DNA of 19,894 nucleotides from Bdellovibrionota bacterium FG-2 (lineage in GTDB: Bacteria; Bdellovibrionota; UBA1018). Of this stretch, positions 17,413 to 19,894 are shown piece by piece. The DNA lies in the NCBI GenBank assembly GCA_051382305.1, contig JBBCAV010000060.1:1-19894 (forward strand). The letters are read 5' to 3'. The position numbers were made by a program, and so were the translations under genes. The notes beneath the pieces were generated by a model. That model saw only the letters and a program-made list of their open reading frames with translations. It was not told the origin of the DNA and did no database searches. The stretch's first letter is position 1. Each line of letters begins with the position of its first letter.

Positions 17413-17935
17413 GGTCGAATTCCTTCGCTGCCGGTTCGCTTGAGGCCGGTGCCGTGAATTGCGTCGCGTACTGATTGCGGTCGATGTGCTCGACTTGCGA
17501 GAACACGCTGCTTGAACCGCTTATTGAAAAGATATTTTTGACCCACGTAGGTGCCGTCCCAAACAGAAGTGCGGAAACGATTGCGACGACAGCACTGCCG
17601 AAGCGTGCTTCTTTGAGGCTCCAAGCGGCGCCACCCACACAAAGGCCGCAGAGGAGTCGTGCGACCCAGCCAAAGATTGCCGTATCGACAAATTTTAGCA
17701 GGGTTCCGGCGCCTTCCATTTGGGCCGAGATATCATCACCAGGAAGGCGCACGGAGCTTGCCCACGCGGCGTGCGGATCGATCACCATCACGCAGATGTA
17801 AGTGATGATGGCGACCTCGATGATGATCAGGATCGGGGCAAGACGATAGATGAAATCGACAGCGCCCACGAACCACCGGTCAAGCCAGGTGAGATCGTGA
17901 TTATGGGATAGGAATTGCGTTTCTAATACTTTCAT
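17405..17935 (-). CDS. traA: Conjugative pilin precursor (TraA/VirB2-like)
   Basis: 176 aa from ATG 17935: long leader ending AAWA, two hydrophobic helices separated by KEAR, first gene of the operon. Confidence 0.65.
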   Translation of the reverse strand: MKVLETQFLSHNHDLTWLDRWFVGAVDFIYRLAPILIIIEVAIITYICVMVIDPHAAWASSVRLPGDDISAQMEGAGTLLKFVDTAIFGWVARLLCGLCVGGAAWSLKEARFGSAVVAIVSALLFGTAPTWVKNIFSISGSSSVFSQVEHIDRNQYATQFTAPASSEPAAKEFDHA

Positions 17936-17972
17936 TTTGGTTTCTCTCTTTCTCAAATCTGCAAAGGAGTAG

Positions 17973-17988
17973 AGCAGAGAGCGTGCCA
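17973..17988 (-). promoter_or_regulatory. sigma54 (RpoN)-type promoter for the tra operon
   Basis: TGGCACGCTCTCTGCT = GG-N10-GC, close to TGGCAC-N5-TTGCW, ending about 40 bp upstream of the pilin ATG. Confidence 0.6.
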
Positions 17989-18098
17989 CGGGGGCATTTT
18001 TGCTAAGTGCGCGAGATGATGATGGTCGGGGTTTTCGAGGGCAGGGGTTTTGAGGGGGAAAGTCTATGAGGTGAGACTTTGGCGTAGACTTTCGGGGG

Positions 18099-18138
18099 TG
18101 CGGGCTATTGCGGGATACTGCGGAATACTGCGGGATAC
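18099..18138. repeat. Four tandem 10-bp repeats (TGCGGGATAC consensus)
   Basis: TGCGGGCTAT TGCGGGATAC TGCGGAATAC TGCGGGATAC. Confidence 0.9.
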
Positions 18139-18174
18139 ACTTCCTTCCTCGAAAGAAACTGGGTTGCGCGCCAG

Positions 18175-18313
18175 CAAAGGGGCAAAACAAATTGCCCCTT
18201 TGGCTTAGATCTATAGTTATAACGAATCGGCGTAAAATATGGTGTTTTAGGTGATATGGGGAAGGAATTGCTCCAGGTCATTGCCCCTTTGCTGCCCCTT
18301 TATTGCCCCTTTG
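18175..18313. repeat. 11-bp TTGCCCCTTTG motif x5: one inverted pair plus three tandem copies
   Basis: CAAAGGGGCAA (18175-18185) / TTGCCCCTTTG (18192-18202); TTGCCCCTTTG, CTGCCCCTTTA, TTGCCCCTTTG (18281-18313). Confidence 0.9.
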
Positions 18314-18386
18314 GTTATGGGGCTTAAAAGTTGGTTTGGGACTTGGCCTCTGGGCTTCAATGCGTAACTTTTGGAACTGGGCGAAT

Positions 18387-19166
18387 TCACTTAAAATGAT
18401 AATGTCGATACTCCGCCGCGAGTCGGTCGGGCACGACGGCATCCTTCAATCTAGAATCAGCCAGAACAGCATACCCCACATCAAAGTCCATGCTGACGAT
18501 GAAGGGGCAATGGCTGCATTGGAATGCGTTGAGGATCATTGAATCTGAAAAAGACGCACCGGTTTTTTCAGAGATCCCCATAGCGTTAGGCCAGTCGATC
18601 TTGGTGTGAAAAAGGTGAGATTGAGACCTGTCGTGTTGACTCACGTATTCAATTCCAGAATTTTGGAGATCATCTGCGAGTTCTTGAAGGCGTCCTGAGA
18701 GGAAATCGGCGCACAGTTCGAGCCAGCCTAGTTGGCCAGAGTGGGGACCTGCCGAGATTTCCTTCTTGATTTTTTTGAGCTGAACGTCGCCAAAAACAAA
18801 GTCACGTTCGGGATCGGCCCCCATTGCTGTTTTAAGGGAACCCTTGAGAGTTGAAATCTTCGCGCGTGCGCGTTTTGGGAATTTTAGTTTTGAGTATTCG
18901 TCCACGGCGTCCAAGATTGCCTCGGTCAAGATAATCCTGCGACGATATTCCAGGTACTCAGCTTTTGTGTTTACCGTTGCAAAGAGCCTGTACCCATTTT
19001 CTTCCAGCACAGTCAGTATCTGACGAACGTCACTGTACTCATCTCTTACGTCATAGGTGGCCGTAATAAGGATATTGCTATCAAGGATTGTTGCACGACC
19101 TTTGTCGGAGAGGTTTAGCCGGCGGAGGTAAGTTGGTAACTCCGAAAACGCGATTACCCTTCCCAT
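18387..19166 (-). CDS. PIN-domain nuclease (putative toxin), extended form
   Basis: Acidic PIN quartet: ILDSNILI, KAEYLE, FSDSMIL, IVSMDFDV. About 100-aa insertion between the 2nd and 3rd motifs. Confidence 0.75.
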   Translation of the reverse strand: MGRVIAFSELPTYLRRLNLSDKGRATILDSNILITATYDVRDEYSDVRQILTVLEENGYRLFATVNTKAEYLEYRRRIILTEAILDAVDEYSKLKFPKRARAKISTLKGSLKTAMGADPERDFVFGDVQLKKIKKEISAGPHSGQLGWLELCADFLSGRLQELADDLQNSGIEYVSQHDRSQSHLFHTKIDWPNAMGISEKTGASFSDSMILNAFQCSHCPFIVSMDFDVGYAVLADSRLKDAVVPDRLAAEYRHYHFK

Positions 19167-19167
19167 C

Positions 19168-19359
19168 TTAGACTTCGGCCTCTGGCGAACGAGCGGTTTT
19201 CTTTCGTCGCTTATCTTCTTCAGCGTCCTGTTCCTGGTCGATTAGTTCGAAAATCCGATTCAATTTGTTGATTTGCTCATCTGTTAGAGGGCGCCGGCTG
19301 ATGGCCCGTTGTCTTTCTGCAAGGGTTGCGATTGGCAGTTTCACTCTTGGATTCTTCAT
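19168..19359 (-). CDS. Small charged protein, putative antitoxin/partner of the PIN protein
   Basis: 63 aa, AAGGAG RBS, stop 1 bp before the PIN ATG, acidic patch DQEQDAEED. Confidence 0.55.
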   Translation of the reverse strand: MKNPRVKLPIATLAERQRAISRRPLTDEQINKLNRIFELIDQEQDAEEDKRRKKTARSPEAEV

Positions 19360-19442
19360 TTTAAATCACTCCTTCTCTTCTTATTAAGATACACCCGAAG
19401 TTCCAGTTATAACGGCTTGATTTGCTTAGGGTTTTCCCCTGT

Positions 19443-19731
19443 TTATGGCTTTCTCTCGGCCAACGCCCCCAGCACCGCGCCTGTCGCCTGATACCCCTGC
19501 ATCTTGAAAAATGACTTCTTTTGGAGATCCCCCACGAGCAACACGGGCACACTCTCGATCCCGTATTGCTTCAATTCTTCGGGTTTAGCCGAACTCACCG
19601 GAAAAGGGATCTTCGCTCGGGCGGATTCGTCTCGATCCACTTGGCGCAGCTCAATCCAGTAGCCGAGTGAGGACAGTTCACGAATCGTCGTAGAGAGCAT
19701 GTGTTCGCAATGCGGACAGTGTGAATCAAAA
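19443..19731 (-). pseudogene. Thioredoxin-fold CxxC protein (TraF/TrbB-like), N-terminus removed by the terminal repeat
   Basis: The frame extends upstream of the track ATG as FDSHCPHCEHML. It has the cis-Pro motif YGIESVPVLLV. The repeat begins right before the FD codons. Confidence 0.8.
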
Positions 19732-19894
19732 GTAATTGGCCAGCCGTCTAATTTATTTTCATAAAAATAAAAAAAGTGTTGACATGTTTTTGTGTGAATT
19801 TTCTGTTTTCAAATGTTCAATCGCAACCACGTTGCAAATATGGTTTCAAGCTAACTGCATGACCGCTGTGACCTTCGGAGAGGTGACCGCGAGT
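19732..19894 (+). mobile_element. Terminus of a probable IS (IS66/ISBst12-like), right copy, running off the window
   Basis: Starts GTAATTGGCCAGCC. The first 97 bp are the reverse complement of 1-97. An A-tract plus TTGACA (19779-19784) points away from the cargo, and an ATG at 19859 is open to the window end. Confidence 0.6.

Larger units (their letters stand above)
98..19731 (-). mobile_element. Integrative conjugative element / integrative plasmid segment (F-type MPF, MOBP relaxase, tyrosine integrase, rep)
   Basis: Co-oriented T4SS genes, oriT-mobC-relaxase, xis-int, an att-like site and an initiator-like gene. Confidence 0.9.

Noticed and set aside
17936-18190. N-terminal extension of the 261-aa track ORF
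   Set aside because: Translates the promoter/repeat region. A purine-rich RBS and the sigma54 motif support ATG 17935.
18099-18313. Possible CRISPR array
   Set aside because: Repeats are 10-11 bp, mostly abutting, with no unique 25-45 bp spacers and no cas genes.
211-19552. Numerous short overlapping/antisense ORFs in the track (e.g. 1678-2106, 10368-10745, 11252-11761, 14822-15370)
   Set aside because: Shadows of well-supported genes in GC-rich DNA, without recognisable motifs or RBS support.

Overview
The window is almost entirely one integrative/conjugative element, with all genes on the minus strand except one. In transcription order (right to left) it holds: a 5'-truncated CxxC thioredoxin-fold gene (TraF/TrbB-like); a small ORF plus PIN-domain pair; a repeat-rich control region with a sigma54-type promoter; a compact F-type T4SS operon (traA-L-E-K-B-V-C-H-G-like); oriT, mobC and a MOBP relaxase; a small DNA-binding gene, xis, a tyrosine integrase and a YhcG/DUF1016 nuclease; an attP-like site with a tRNA-3'-like core; and an HTH replication-initiator-like gene. 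That last gene has internal 22-bp-period iterons, a coupled leader peptide and a predicted antisense RNA. The segment is bracketed by identical inverted sequences (1-97 is the reverse complement of 19732-19828). These look like IS66-family ends and cut a gene at each side. An AT-richer cassette (TIGR02147/DUF4423 gene plus a divergent secreted ankyrin-repeat gene, suggesting a Bdellovibrionota-like host) has replaced the 5' end of traG, and traV runs in frame into traC. All calls come from reading motifs by eye; no database searches were run.
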